From a virus (taxonomy: Duplodnaviria; Caudoviricetes): a stretch of DNA of 57,543 bases. Below, piece after piece: positions 46,840 through 54,656 of this stretch. Each line of letters begins with the position of its first letter. The stretch's first letter is position 1. Below the pieces are notes generated by a model that ran no database searches, was not told the DNA's origin, and saw nothing but the letters and a program-made list of their open reading frames with translations. Location: the IMG/VR virus record IMGVR_UViG_3300021343_000001, positions 1 to 57,543 of that record; one strand, written 5' to 3'. The translations under genes and the position numbers were made by a program.

Positions 46840-47333
46840 TTGTCACCCTCCTTCCTCTCACCGTCGATCCAAGCCTGAACGCTCTTGCGGTCCATGTCGT
46901 GAGGCAACCACTTTGCGCACACCTCGAGCAGCGCGAGCGCATCCTCGAGAGCCTTGCGTGTGTCGCCCTCTGCTGGACAGTAGTCGCGCGTTTGCTGACG
47001 CTCGATCGCAGACGCGACGAGTTGGCGCACGCCGAACATCGGATCACTCAGGTCAACCTGGGCATCTTCGATCAGCCCGCGAATGCCGATGTAGGTTTCG
47101 CACGATGCGAGGCTGATCACCATGCACCGATGCTTCACGAGCAACGCGAAGCGCTCCCCCTTGTCGGTGCACGTCTTGATCTCCTCTCGGATTTGCCCGA
47201 TGCGCTCCGCGAGGTCGACCGCCTTCGCAGACCATTCCTCTTGTGTGGCATCCATGGCTTGCGCCATCATCATCGGCACGATCGCCTCGACGCGCACGTC
47301 CACGATCACCTTGTCCTGCTTCTCTTCTGTCAT
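46836..47333 (-). CDS. hypothetical protein
   Basis: AGGAGAGGAGAG-ATG. Confidence 0.7.
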   Translation of the reverse strand: MTEEKQDKVIVDVRVEAIVPMMMAQAMDATQEEWSAKAVDLAERIGQIREEIKTCTDKGERFALLVKHRCMVISLASCETYIGIRGLIEDAQVDLSDPMFGVRQLVASAIERQQTRDYCPAEGDTRKALEDALALLEVCAKWLPHDMDRKSVQAWIDGERKEGDK

Positions 47334-47419
47334 CTCTCCTCTCCTGTTTGACGGTCCTTTCATCAATGCTACAATGAGCGCGACCCAACTCCTCGGGTCG
47401 CGTCACCTCTCCTCGACGC

Positions 47420-47461
47420 GCGAGCCCCGCCAACCTCTACTGGCGGGGCTCGCTTTGTTTT
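47420..47461 (+). terminator. intrinsic terminator on the + strand
   Basis: 13-bp stem GCGAGCCCCGCCA/TGGCGGGGCTCGC followed by TTTGTTTT. Confidence 0.7.
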
Positions 47462-48154
47462 AACCTTCTGCGAACTCGATGATCCACGGGCCTTCCTCGA
47501 AATCACCGAGCGACGCGAGCTTGCCGAGCACCCACCCGAGCGCGCTGCCTGAGAGCTGCTCGGGGTTTTTCACCTTGCCCTTCTCACACAACTTCACGAG
47601 AAACTTCTCCTTGACCTTGCCATCGACGTGCTTGAGCAGCTCGCGTTCAACCTCTGCGAGCGTAGCCTCTTCGGGTCCAGGCGCGGGCTTGCTCGGCTTC
47701 TGCCTCGTCTTCTCACGCCTCGGTGGTCGCTGAATCGAGTCTTGCTCGGGGTCATCGCCCATCGGCAACATGAAAGCCTTCAGGAGCGCCGTGCGCAGCG
47801 CGCTCGTGGTTGCCTTGGCGACTGCCTTGTCTCCTCGGTCCTGCCCCTGCCCAACCCACGAAAAGGAGCGTTCCTCGCCAGTCACACCGTCGATGAAGGT
47901 GACGCACATCTCGAGTGTCACCGTGTCACCGTGTCACCTTTGGCTTCGTGCTGCGTCACACTCGGCAACATGATCACCTGCCTCGACGCGAGCGGTGCGC
48001 GAATGGCATCGAACACCGCATCGATGCTCGCATACTTCATGCGGATGTGATCGACGCTCTTGTCTGTCGCGACTTTCTCCACCTCGAGCATGACCTCTGC
48101 GATCATGCGTGCGAGGCGGCGTGTGGGTTGCTCTTGCTTTGCTTCTTCTGTCAT
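47460..48154 (-). pseudogene. erf: ERF-family ssDNA annealing protein, frameshifted by an extra 8-bp repeat unit
   Basis: KYASIDAV..AIR..L in the 5' half; G.GQD.GDKA..KA.T.A.R..L...F.LP.GDDP in the 3' half; halves rejoin with 2 instead of 3 GGTGACAC units. Confidence 0.85.
47915..47938. repeat. (GTGTCACC)x3 tandem repeat
   Basis: Read directly from the sequence. Confidence 0.95.
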
Positions 48155-48459
48155 TCTCCAACTCCATCTCTAAGGATCAGCACCTCTCGCGGTGCGTCGA
48201 AATGCATCGAGGACACTGCGCCCTCGCTCCTGTACGTGATCCGCGCGCTCACATGCGCGACGTGCTCACCGAGCCTGATCGCCATGTGCGGCGACTGCCT
48301 CGACTCGGTGACAGCGCGAACCGCCCCGCTCTCGTCGAGTGCCGCGAATCTCATTCGGTTGCGGCGCGCGTTCACCTCGATCATCTCGACGCGCACGCTC
48401 TCGCCATCACACGAGAGAGTCACGCCCTCTCCCTGGCTCACTGTCAGTTTCAATCCCAT
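48151..48459 (-). CDS. CsrA/RsmA-like protein, apparently a tandem single-chain form
   Basis: LKLTVSQGEGVTL resembles LILTR..GE...I; FDAPREVLILR resembles I.AP.EV.I.R. Confidence 0.6.
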   Translation of the reverse strand: MGLKLTVSQGEGVTLSCDGESVRVEMIEVNARRNRMRFAALDESGAVRAVTESRQSPHMAIRLGEHVAHVSARITYRSEGAVSSMHFDAPREVLILRDGVGE

Positions 48460-49097
48460 CACTTCACCTTCTTGCGCCAGACGCGCTTGCCTGCCCTGAA
48501 CGCGAACCCTCGACATCGATCCTCATCGTCGACGAGATGCACGCCATGTGGTTTCTCGAACTCGCCAGCAAACTCGACACCTTCGACCGTCCAGCGCTTG
48601 CGCTCGTGCAACACAATGTCGCCTCGCATGAGGTCTGCGACCGGGACGTGATCGACGCACGTCGCGTTCAAGCAGAAGGCGTCACGTCGATACATCGACC
48701 CGCACTCATGGCAGGTGTCATGCGTCGGCGCTTGCTCGGGGATGTCGTCGAACTCGAACGGTCGGCGCGCGTCGAGCGAGACGACGTTGCGCTCTTGCTC
48801 TGCGCGATCCCTCGCCTCCTCCCTGATGTCTGCGGGCAGCCTCGCGAGGATCTGTTGCCACGCTTGCGCGATCTCCTCGTCCGTCGCGAGCTTGGGCAGG
48901 TCGTGCCCCGCCTCGCTCAAGATCGACTTGAACGCGGTCACGTCCATGCAGTCGCCCACGAAGATCTGCGGGATGTCTGCACACATCTTCTCGAGCACCT
49001 CGAGTGAGGTGTGCGCGCTGTAATGCCTGGTGATGGTGAGGATGGTTGGTGTGATAGGGTCGGGATATGCGATCCCTTCGTGCATGTACTTCTTCAT
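48459..49097 (-). CDS. early protein with zinc ribbon
   Basis: CHECG...C.NATC; conserved RBS element. Confidence 0.7.
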   Translation of the reverse strand: MKKYMHEGIAYPDPITPTILTITRHYSAHTSLEVLEKMCADIPQIFVGDCMDVTAFKSILSEAGHDLPKLATDEEIAQAWQQILARLPADIREEARDRAEQERNVVSLDARRPFEFDDIPEQAPTHDTCHECGSMYRRDAFCLNATCVDHVPVADLMRGDIVLHERKRWTVEGVEFAGEFEKPHGVHLVDDEDRCRGFAFRAGKRVWRKKVK

Positions 49098-49099
49098 TG

Positions 49100-49115
49100 T
49101 CTCGCTCCTTCGAGT
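49100..49115 (-). promoter_or_regulatory. RBS hairpin ACTCGAAGGAGCGAGA, copy 3
   Basis: 16/16 identity with the other copies. Confidence 0.85.
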
Positions 49116-49129
49116 TGTTGTTTCGTGCC

Positions 49130-49168
49130 TGCACCTCGAAAGCCCGCCGAGCTTGCTCCGGGCGGGCT
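49130..49168 (-). terminator. conserved hairpin, paralogous to 21948-21986
   Basis: AGCCCGCC...GCAAGC...GGCGGGCT-TTCGAGGTGCA. Confidence 0.55.
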
Positions 49169-49186
49169 GGTGTGAGTGAGGGTGCG

Positions 49187-49453
49187 TTAGCCTTCCTGAT
49201 TCGCTTCCTCTTCGAGTTGCTCCTTCGCGAGCCTGAAGCCTTGCTCGATGTCCCACTCGTCTGCGAAGTCTGGAGCCTCCCACTCTTCGATGCCCGCCAT
49301 GATGGTGGCGGCGTCCGTGGTGTCAATCTCGCTCATGTACTCGAGCGCCTCAGTAGCATCGTTGCTCCCGCAGGCCGTGAAGTAGTCATAAAAGAACGCC
49401 TCCATGGCGCGTGCTGCGGTGGGGTAGAGGATTCCGGCGTGTTGGCAGTTCAT
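49187..49453 (-). CDS. small, highly acidic early protein (first gene of leftward cassette 2)
   Basis: 88 aa, D/E-rich; conserved RBS element. Confidence 0.75.
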   Translation of the reverse strand: MNCQHAGILYPTAARAMEAFFYDYFTACGSNDATEALEYMSEIDTTDAATIMAGIEEWEAPDFADEWDIEQGFRLAKEQLEEEANQEG

Positions 49454-49454
49454 A

Positions 49455-49470
49455 TCTCGCTCCTTCGAGT
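49455..49470 (-). promoter_or_regulatory. RBS hairpin ACTCGAAGGAGCGAGA, copy 4
   Basis: 16/16 identity with the other copies. Confidence 0.85.
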
Positions 49471-49502
49471 GGTGACGCTCATGCGTCGTTGATGTGCTTC
49501 AA

Positions 49503-49576
49503 TCTTTAACCACCCTTTCACCACACGTCAATATAAAAAAACACGACTTGACGTTTTTTATCATCGCGCTCATAGT
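49503..49576. promoter_or_regulatory. back-to-back divergent promoters
   Basis: Leftward TTGACG-17-TAAAGA; rightward TTGACG(49548)-17-CATAGT; A/T tracts. Confidence 0.6.
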
Positions 49577-49604
49577 CATCTGGACTTCAACGAAAGGAGA
49601 GACC

Positions 49605-49928
49605 ATGGCGAAGCAAGACAAATCAGAACTGAGGCAGACCATCAGCGACGCGCTCGAGCGCGCGAGGCTCGAGGAGCTGCGTTGCAGCGCGAGGAGTTTC
49701 GATCGCGCGACCGGGATTCCGATCGGCACCGCCTACATGATCACCAAACGCGCGGGTAACATCACGCTCGACAACCTCCACGCCATCGCGCAGGCGTTCG
49801 GGCTCGAGCACGCGGGCATCCTGATCGACCGCGCGCTCGCAGGCGCACCGCTCGTCGAGAACGGCGCGCCGATCCACGACGCGCTCGTGCAAGAGCTTAT
49901 CGACCGCTACAGCAAGGATGAAGCATGA
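49605..49928 (+). CDS. XRE/Cro-C1 HTH regulator
   Basis: S.RSF.RATGI...T.Y.I......NITLDNL..IA.AFG. Confidence 0.8.
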   Translation: MAKQDKSELRQTISDALERARLEELRCSARSFDRATGIPIGTAYMITKRAGNITLDNLHAIAQAFGLEHAGILIDRALAGAPLVENGAPIHDALVQELIDRYSKDEA

Positions 49929-50125
49929 AACACTACACACTCGAACACCGCCGCGCGCCATACACTTGGATCGCCATCGCATCAGACGACAACCTCGAGG
50001 TGATCCTCGACTACGCGAAAGAGCACGGCGACCTCGACGACCTGCGCGTGATGAACATCCGCGCGAAACGACTGACACCCGTGCGCGAGCTGATCGCGCG
50101 CAGCACACGCAAGGAGAAACCATGA
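49925..50125 (+). CDS. hypothetical protein
   Basis: ATGA coupling on both sides. Confidence 0.6.
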   Translation: MKHYTLEHRRAPYTWIAIASDDNLEVILDYAKEHGDLDDLRVMNIRAKRLTPVRELIARSTRKEKP

Positions 50126-51078
50126 CTCAGTTAACCGCGCCCTTCGTTTATTTCGGCGGGAAGCGCCTCATCGCCCCGGTGGTGTGGGAGAGGCTTGGCA
50201 ATGTCAACAACTACATCGAACCTTTCGCGGGCAGCGCAGCGGTGTTGCTCGCGAGACCTCACACCTTGCGCCCCTACCAAATGGAACTGTTGAATGATCT
50301 CGACGGTGAGATCTGCAATTTCTGGCGCAGCATCAAGACTGATCCCGAGGGTGTGATCGATGGAGCCGATCACATCTGCTCGGAACTCGACATGCACGCC
50401 AGATCGCACCGCATTGCGGACACGCGCGAGGAGATCGTTGAACGCCTGCGCATGGATATGGACTTTTGCGACCCCGTGCGCGCAGGGTGGTGGCTCTATG
50501 GCGTGTGCCTCGCGATCGGCTCTGACTTCGAGAACGCTCGCCATTCATTGCCCAGCTATGGCAATAAGGGGCGTGGCATTCATCGTCACACGCCAGATGC
50601 GCGCTATTCTCGCGACACCATCGCGCACCACCTGCAAGGTGTGATCGATCGTATGCGCGCGGTGCGCATCGCGTGTGGATCGTGGGAGCGGGTGCTGACT
50701 GATTCGTTGATGTTTCCTTGCGCAACGTACAAAAGCCACAGACCTCCATGCGGCGTGTTCCTCGATCCCCCATACCTCGAAGGAAATCAGCAATATGCGG
50801 CAGGCGGCACGGGCACCTCGCTCGCTCATGACGTGCTCGAATGGTGCATCGAGCGCGGCGATACCCCGCAAATCCGCATCGCCTTGTGTGGCTACACAGG
50901 ACACTATGACGCGCTCGCAGAGCATGGCTGGGAGTGTATCAACTGGAAAGCGAACGGTGGGTACGCGAGCACCGCAAACCGCAAGGGCAGCAACGCCACA
51001 GCATACGAAAACAGCAAACGTGAGGTGATCTGGTTCTCACCTCACTGCCTTGGCAAAGCGCAGACCACACTTTTCTAG
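50122..51078 (+). CDS. DNA N6-adenine methyltransferase (Dam/D12 class)
   Basis: F.YFGGK, YIEPFAGS.AV, LNDLD, FLDPPY. Confidence 0.92.
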   Translation: MTQLTAPFVYFGGKRLIAPVVWERLGNVNNYIEPFAGSAAVLLARPHTLRPYQMELLNDLDGEICNFWRSIKTDPEGVIDGADHICSELDMHARSHRIADTREEIVERLRMDMDFCDPVRAGWWLYGVCLAIGSDFENARHSLPSYGNKGRGIHRHTPDARYSRDTIAHHLQGVIDRMRAVRIACGSWERVLTDSLMFPCATYKSHRPPCGVFLDPPYLEGNQQYAAGGTGTSLAHDVLEWCIERGDTPQIRIALCGYTGHYDALAEHGWECINWKANGGYASTANRKGSNATAYENSKREVIWFSPHCLGKAQTTLF

Positions 51079-51163
51079 GAGAGGATAGATGGTCGCCTGG
51101 TTCAACCGCATCGCGAGGCGCAAGATCCTCGCTCAACCCGGCTCGCTTCTTTGAGGAGATAAC

Positions 51164-51616
51164 ATGGCAATCACACTTGGATTCGATCGCGTGCTCGCGC
51201 TCCCTGACGACAGGTTCGCGAGAGGCTGGCAGCGCGAATGCGCGCGCACACGATGCGGCAACGCGATCATCAACGGCATCAACGATCAGGACTTCCCCGA
51301 CGAGGAGATAAACGAATGGTGGTCGAATGTGTTCTTTGACCTCGCGATGTATGTTCGTCGCGTGCCTGAAACCTGCGATCCCTTCTACAGCAAGTCAGGG
51401 CTCACGACGCCGGTCAACGTCGTGGCGTGCTCGACGCTCACACTCGCGCAGCCTCCAGACGCGCTCGTGCGCCGCACGCTGACATTGTTCAATCTCGGGC
51501 GCGCGCTGCGTAACCTGACCTCGGACGATCGAACGGACTGGCTCTTTGCGACCGAGCACGGCAACGCCGTCGATGTCGTGCAACATGCTTTCAAACAACT
51601 GCCCGACAGGAGATAA
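51164..51616 (+). CDS. hypothetical protein
   Basis: GAGGAG RBS. Confidence 0.65.
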   Translation: MAITLGFDRVLALPDDRFARGWQRECARTRCGNAIINGINDQDFPDEEINEWWSNVFFDLAMYVRRVPETCDPFYSKSGLTTPVNVVACSTLTLAQPPDALVRRTLTLFNLGRALRNLTSDDRTDWLFATEHGNAVDVVQHAFKQLPDRR

Positions 51617-51617
51617 C

Positions 51618-51941
51618 ATGAAGGAACTCGACATCATCATCAGCAACCTCACAAACCAGGGCTACTCCTGTTGCATGGTCAGCGACGGCAAAGGGTACGA
51701 GGAAAACCAGCGACGACACAGGATGCGCTTGAATGGTTCGCGAGGGCCGATCTACTCGATCGACCACGGCGGCGCGCGTTATCCAACCTTCTACATCAGC
51801 GCTCGTGATGCCGCATTCGCGCTCGGCTCGTTTGGCGTTTATGCCAAACGCATCTCATGGAGCAACGTCGAGAGCGTCGTCGCGGAGGCGTTCGACGAGA
51901 AGGCAGCTCGCCGTCGCGCCATCGGAACCGCATTGCGCTGA
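51618..51941 (+). CDS. hypothetical protein
   Basis: AGGAG RBS before MKELDIII. Confidence 0.65.
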   Translation: MKELDIIISNLTNQGYSCCMVSDGKGYEENQRRHRMRLNGSRGPIYSIDHGGARYPTFYISARDAAFALGSFGVYAKRISWSNVESVVAEAFDEKAARRRAIGTALR

Positions 51942-51976
51942 AACAACAAGAGCCCGATGCGTTGCGCATCGGGCTC
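51941..51976 (-). terminator. intrinsic terminator after the tRNA
   Basis: 12-bp perfect stem GAGCCCGATGCG/CGCATCGGGCTC followed by TTGTTGTTT on the - strand. Confidence 0.75.
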
Positions 51977-51978
51977 CA

Positions 51979-52051
51979 TGGAGAATCGGGGACTCGAACC
52001 CCGGACCTACGCAGTGCGAGTGCGTCGCTCTCCCATCTGAGCTAATCCCCC
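51979..52051 (-). tRNA. tRNA-Ala(CGC), CCA not encoded
   Basis: 73-nt cloverleaf GGGGGAT-TA-GCTC..GAGC-G-ACGCA-CTCGCAC-TGCGT-AGGTC-CGGGG-TTCGAGT-CCCCG-ATTCTCC-A; G3:U70 and A73. Confidence 0.95.
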
Positions 52052-52231
52052 TCACCCCTTGCCTACGGCGGCTTTGACTCCAACCGTCACCCGCGCCTTT
52101 CTTCGTGTTACAGCACGAGCACGGGTGTGGAAACACAAGGGGCTGCGCTGCCAGGATCGGTGGGTTGGGTTATGAGCCCGTCACCGGCTCCAGGCAGCCA
52201 CGATCCAGCGTAAGCAGGAGGTCAACCCGCG

Positions 52232-52690
52232 TCAAGCGTCGGGTTGTTCCTCGACATGCTCGAAGGTGAACTCGTCGAGCGTCTTGCGAACGACAGCATC
52301 CTCGACAGACCCCATCGTCAAGACGGCGCGAAGGTGTGCCTTGAAACGACGCTCGAAGGTGCTCGAGTCGCACGCGAACGCGCCGCCAGTCATCGGCCAT
52401 GGGTATGCCTCGCCATCCTCGACAGCAAACAGCGTCGTAACGTAGGTGTCCTCGCCACCATCGAAGTTCTGCGCGACTTGAACGAAGCGCTTCTCGTCAA
52501 CCTGGTGCGATTCGACAACACCCATCGGAGTAAACTCACCATCGAACGCATCGCGGTTGATGTGCAGTTCTGCGCCACCTGCAAAGTCCGCCAGGTGGAT
52601 CACGTCACCGATCGACTTCACGAGCCACACGTCGCCATCGCGATGCTCGTATGCCATGCCTGGAATGGGTTGAATGCCTTGCTTGCTCAT
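52232..52690 (-). CDS. hypothetical protein (DUF1653/SH3-like N-terminus)
   Basis: GAGGAGAG RBS; PG..Y.H..G..W.V. Confidence 0.6.
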   Translation of the reverse strand: MSKQGIQPIPGMAYEHRDGDVWLVKSIGDVIHLADFAGGAELHINRDAFDGEFTPMGVVESHQVDEKRFVQVAQNFDGGEDTYVTTLFAVEDGEAYPWPMTGGAFACDSSTFERRFKAHLRAVLTMGSVEDAVVRKTLDEFTFEHVEEQPDA

Positions 52691-52776
52691 ACTCTCTCCT
52701 CTTGTTATGGCGCTCGCCTCGAGCGCGCACCTATCAAACCACAGCGCACCATCAACGGTCAATCCATTTCTCACGC

Positions 52777-52841
52777 TTGACTCGCCCGAACAATCGGCTT
52801 ACAAACGAAGAGCCCCCGGTGCGTAGGAACACCGAGGGCTC
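52777..52841 (+). promoter_or_regulatory. putative promoter and leader hairpin of the replication operon
   Basis: TTGACT-17-TACAAA; GAGCCCCCGGT/ACCGAGGGCTC stem. Confidence 0.45.
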
Positions 52842-52878
52842 ATAAATCATCACCCAACTAAACCCAGGAGGTGACGAC

Positions 52879-53880
52879 ATGGACGATCCTACGTCCCATG
52901 ATGCCTCGCGTCAATGCGAGAGTAGCAACACACCAAAAAACAGGAGGGTCTCTGTGAATGACTTCATGCGGTTCATTCACTTCGAGTCCGGTTTGTCTCA
53001 CTACGCACGATGCGCAGCGAGCGCGTTGTCGTATCACGCCGACTTCAAGACCGGCGAAAACGCCTATTGCAGCGTCTCGACGATGGCGTCCTTCTGGGAC
53101 TGCTCGGCTCGATCGATTCAGCGAGGCTTGCGCGAACTCGAAGAGCGCGACCTGATCGACAAGATCGAACGAGTCGGACGCACGACGCTCTACAAACTCG
53201 TACATCCAGACCTCTCGAACGAGGTGGATAGTGAACCTTCCACCCATGACTCACAGTCACAGGGGGGTGACTCACAGTCAGGGGAGGGGGTGACTCACAG
53301 TCAGGGGGGGCATGACTCACAGTCACCCAACCCTTTAGAGACCCTTCCTTCTAACCATTCCCTTACCCCTTTAGAGCAAGAGGAGTCGATCGAGGGGGAG
53401 GTGCAAGATATAAACGTATCGCAAATTGCAAGTGTCGTGCCAGAGTCCTCGTCGATCGAGAAAGATTCAATCACTGAAGATCAACAAGAAGGTGAGGAGG
53501 TAGACGACAGGTTGCCGCACGAGGTCATCAGGGATGCCATGATCGATTACCTGATGATCGAAGATGTGCAACTCGCCATGATGTCGTACACGACGAGGGA
53601 GGACAGGAAGAGGCTCAAACTGGGAACCATCAGCGCATCACTGGCAGCATTGCTTGGTGGTAAGTACACAGTCGAGATGCTCGCGCAGTGGGCGACACAC
53701 AAGGTCGGTGAGTTGATCTCGAGGGAAGTGCACACGAGGCACTGGCAAAAAGCGATTGCCAACCAGGGCGACTTGATTGCATATTTTGCAGACATCGAAG
53801 CAAGGGCGGCGCGAGGAACAGGCAAGGCAGTAGAGGGCCAGCCTGTCGATAACAGTGACCTCGCGAACATGCTCGCTTGA
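52879..53880 (+). CDS. replication initiator (HTH_36 / lambda O-like)
   Basis: L..HAD..TG.NAY.S..T.A.....S.RSIQR.L.ELE...LI; internal iterons. Confidence 0.85.
   Translation: MDDPTSHDASRQCESSNTPKNRRVSVNDFMRFIHFESGLSHYARCAASALSYHADFKTGENAYCSVSTMASFWDCSARSIQRGLRELEERDLIDKIERVGRTTLYKLVHPDLSNEVDSEPSTHDSQSQGGDSQSGEGVTHSQGGHDSQSPNPLETLPSNHSLTPLEQEESIEGEVQDINVSQIASVVPESSSIEKDSITEDQQEGEEVDDRLPHEVIRDAMIDYLMIEDVQLAMMSYTTREDRKRLKLGTISASLAALLGGKYTVEMLAQWATHKVGELISREVHTRHWQKAIANQGDLIAYFADIEARAARGTGKAVEGQPVDNSDLANMLA
53247..53325. repeat. four iterons TGACTCACAGTCA (probable origin of replication)
   Basis: Copies at 53247, 53268, 53291 and 53313, separated by G tracts. Confidence 0.85.
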
Positions 53881-53891
53881 GGAGGAGAGGA

Positions 53892-54656
53892 ATGAGCTGG
53901 AATCCAGACGACAAGATCGACTTCGGGGCAAAGCGCGCGCAGTGCAGACAGTGCGGCGCGCCGACGACCTCGAAGACGGCGACGATGAAGGGCCCCTTCG
54001 GGGAGATGATGACCGTGACGATGCGTAGCGCATACTGCTCTGAGGAGTGCGAGCGCATCTATGATGCTCGTCTCGCTGCGCACGCGGCACGCACAGCCAC
54101 GCTAGGCGTTTTTATGGGCGCAGGTGTGTCCGAGAGAATGCAACGCGAATACGAGGACGTGAGGGACGATGTGATCGTGCCTCCAGAGTTGCGCGATCTC
54201 ATCGACCCGGAGCACCGCCGCCGCGCGGTGCACATCCATGGCAGACCATGCACGGGGAAAACAACGCTCGCGTTGTACGCGCTCGACAGGATGGCGCAGG
54301 GCAAGCAGATCGCGAACGCGGTCTACACGCTCGAGGCAGACATGCTGCGTGACCTGAAACCCTTTGGCGAGCGGCTCGAGCATTACATCAGCGCGGACCT
54401 TCTTATCATCGACCGTTGCGGCATCGTCGCTGCGTCGGTCAAGGATATCGAACTGATCGATACGCTCATCTATCACCGCGAGGCGCGCGGCGCGTACACC
54501 ATCACGATCAGCCGCATGACGCTGAAGCAGCTCATGCAGGACACAGAGCGTGGGCTTTACAGCGAGAGCGTGATTCAACGCCTCGTGAAACTCGCGGGCT
54601 CGGTGCGTCAGCTCGAAACGGCGAACAATAACTTCGTGCTCGCGGGGTTGAAATGA
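53892..54656 (+). CDS. DnaC/IstB-like helicase loader
   Basis: CxxC...CxxxC; Walker A GRPCTGKT; Walker B-like DLLIID; ..QRL. Confidence 0.8.
   Translation: MSWNPDDKIDFGAKRAQCRQCGAPTTSKTATMKGPFGEMMTVTMRSAYCSEECERIYDARLAAHAARTATLGVFMGAGVSERMQREYEDVRDDVIVPPELRDLIDPEHRRRAVHIHGRPCTGKTTLALYALDRMAQGKQIANAVYTLEADMLRDLKPFGERLEHYISADLLIIDRCGIVAASVKDIELIDTLIYHREARGAYTITISRMTLKQLMQDTERGLYSESVIQRLVKLAGSVRQLETANNNFVLAGLK

Noticed and set aside
21927-49470. 16-nt repeats as CRISPR repeats, att sites or invertase sites
   Set aside because: All four sit at SD position in the same orientation, and no recombinase was recognised
51979-52051. tRNA as attP
   Set aside because: It is a complete gene with its own terminator, and no adjacent integrase was found
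53247-53325. Mini CRISPR array
   Set aside because: 13-bp repeats with 8-10-nt G-rich spacers inside a coding gene and no cas genes; fits iterons
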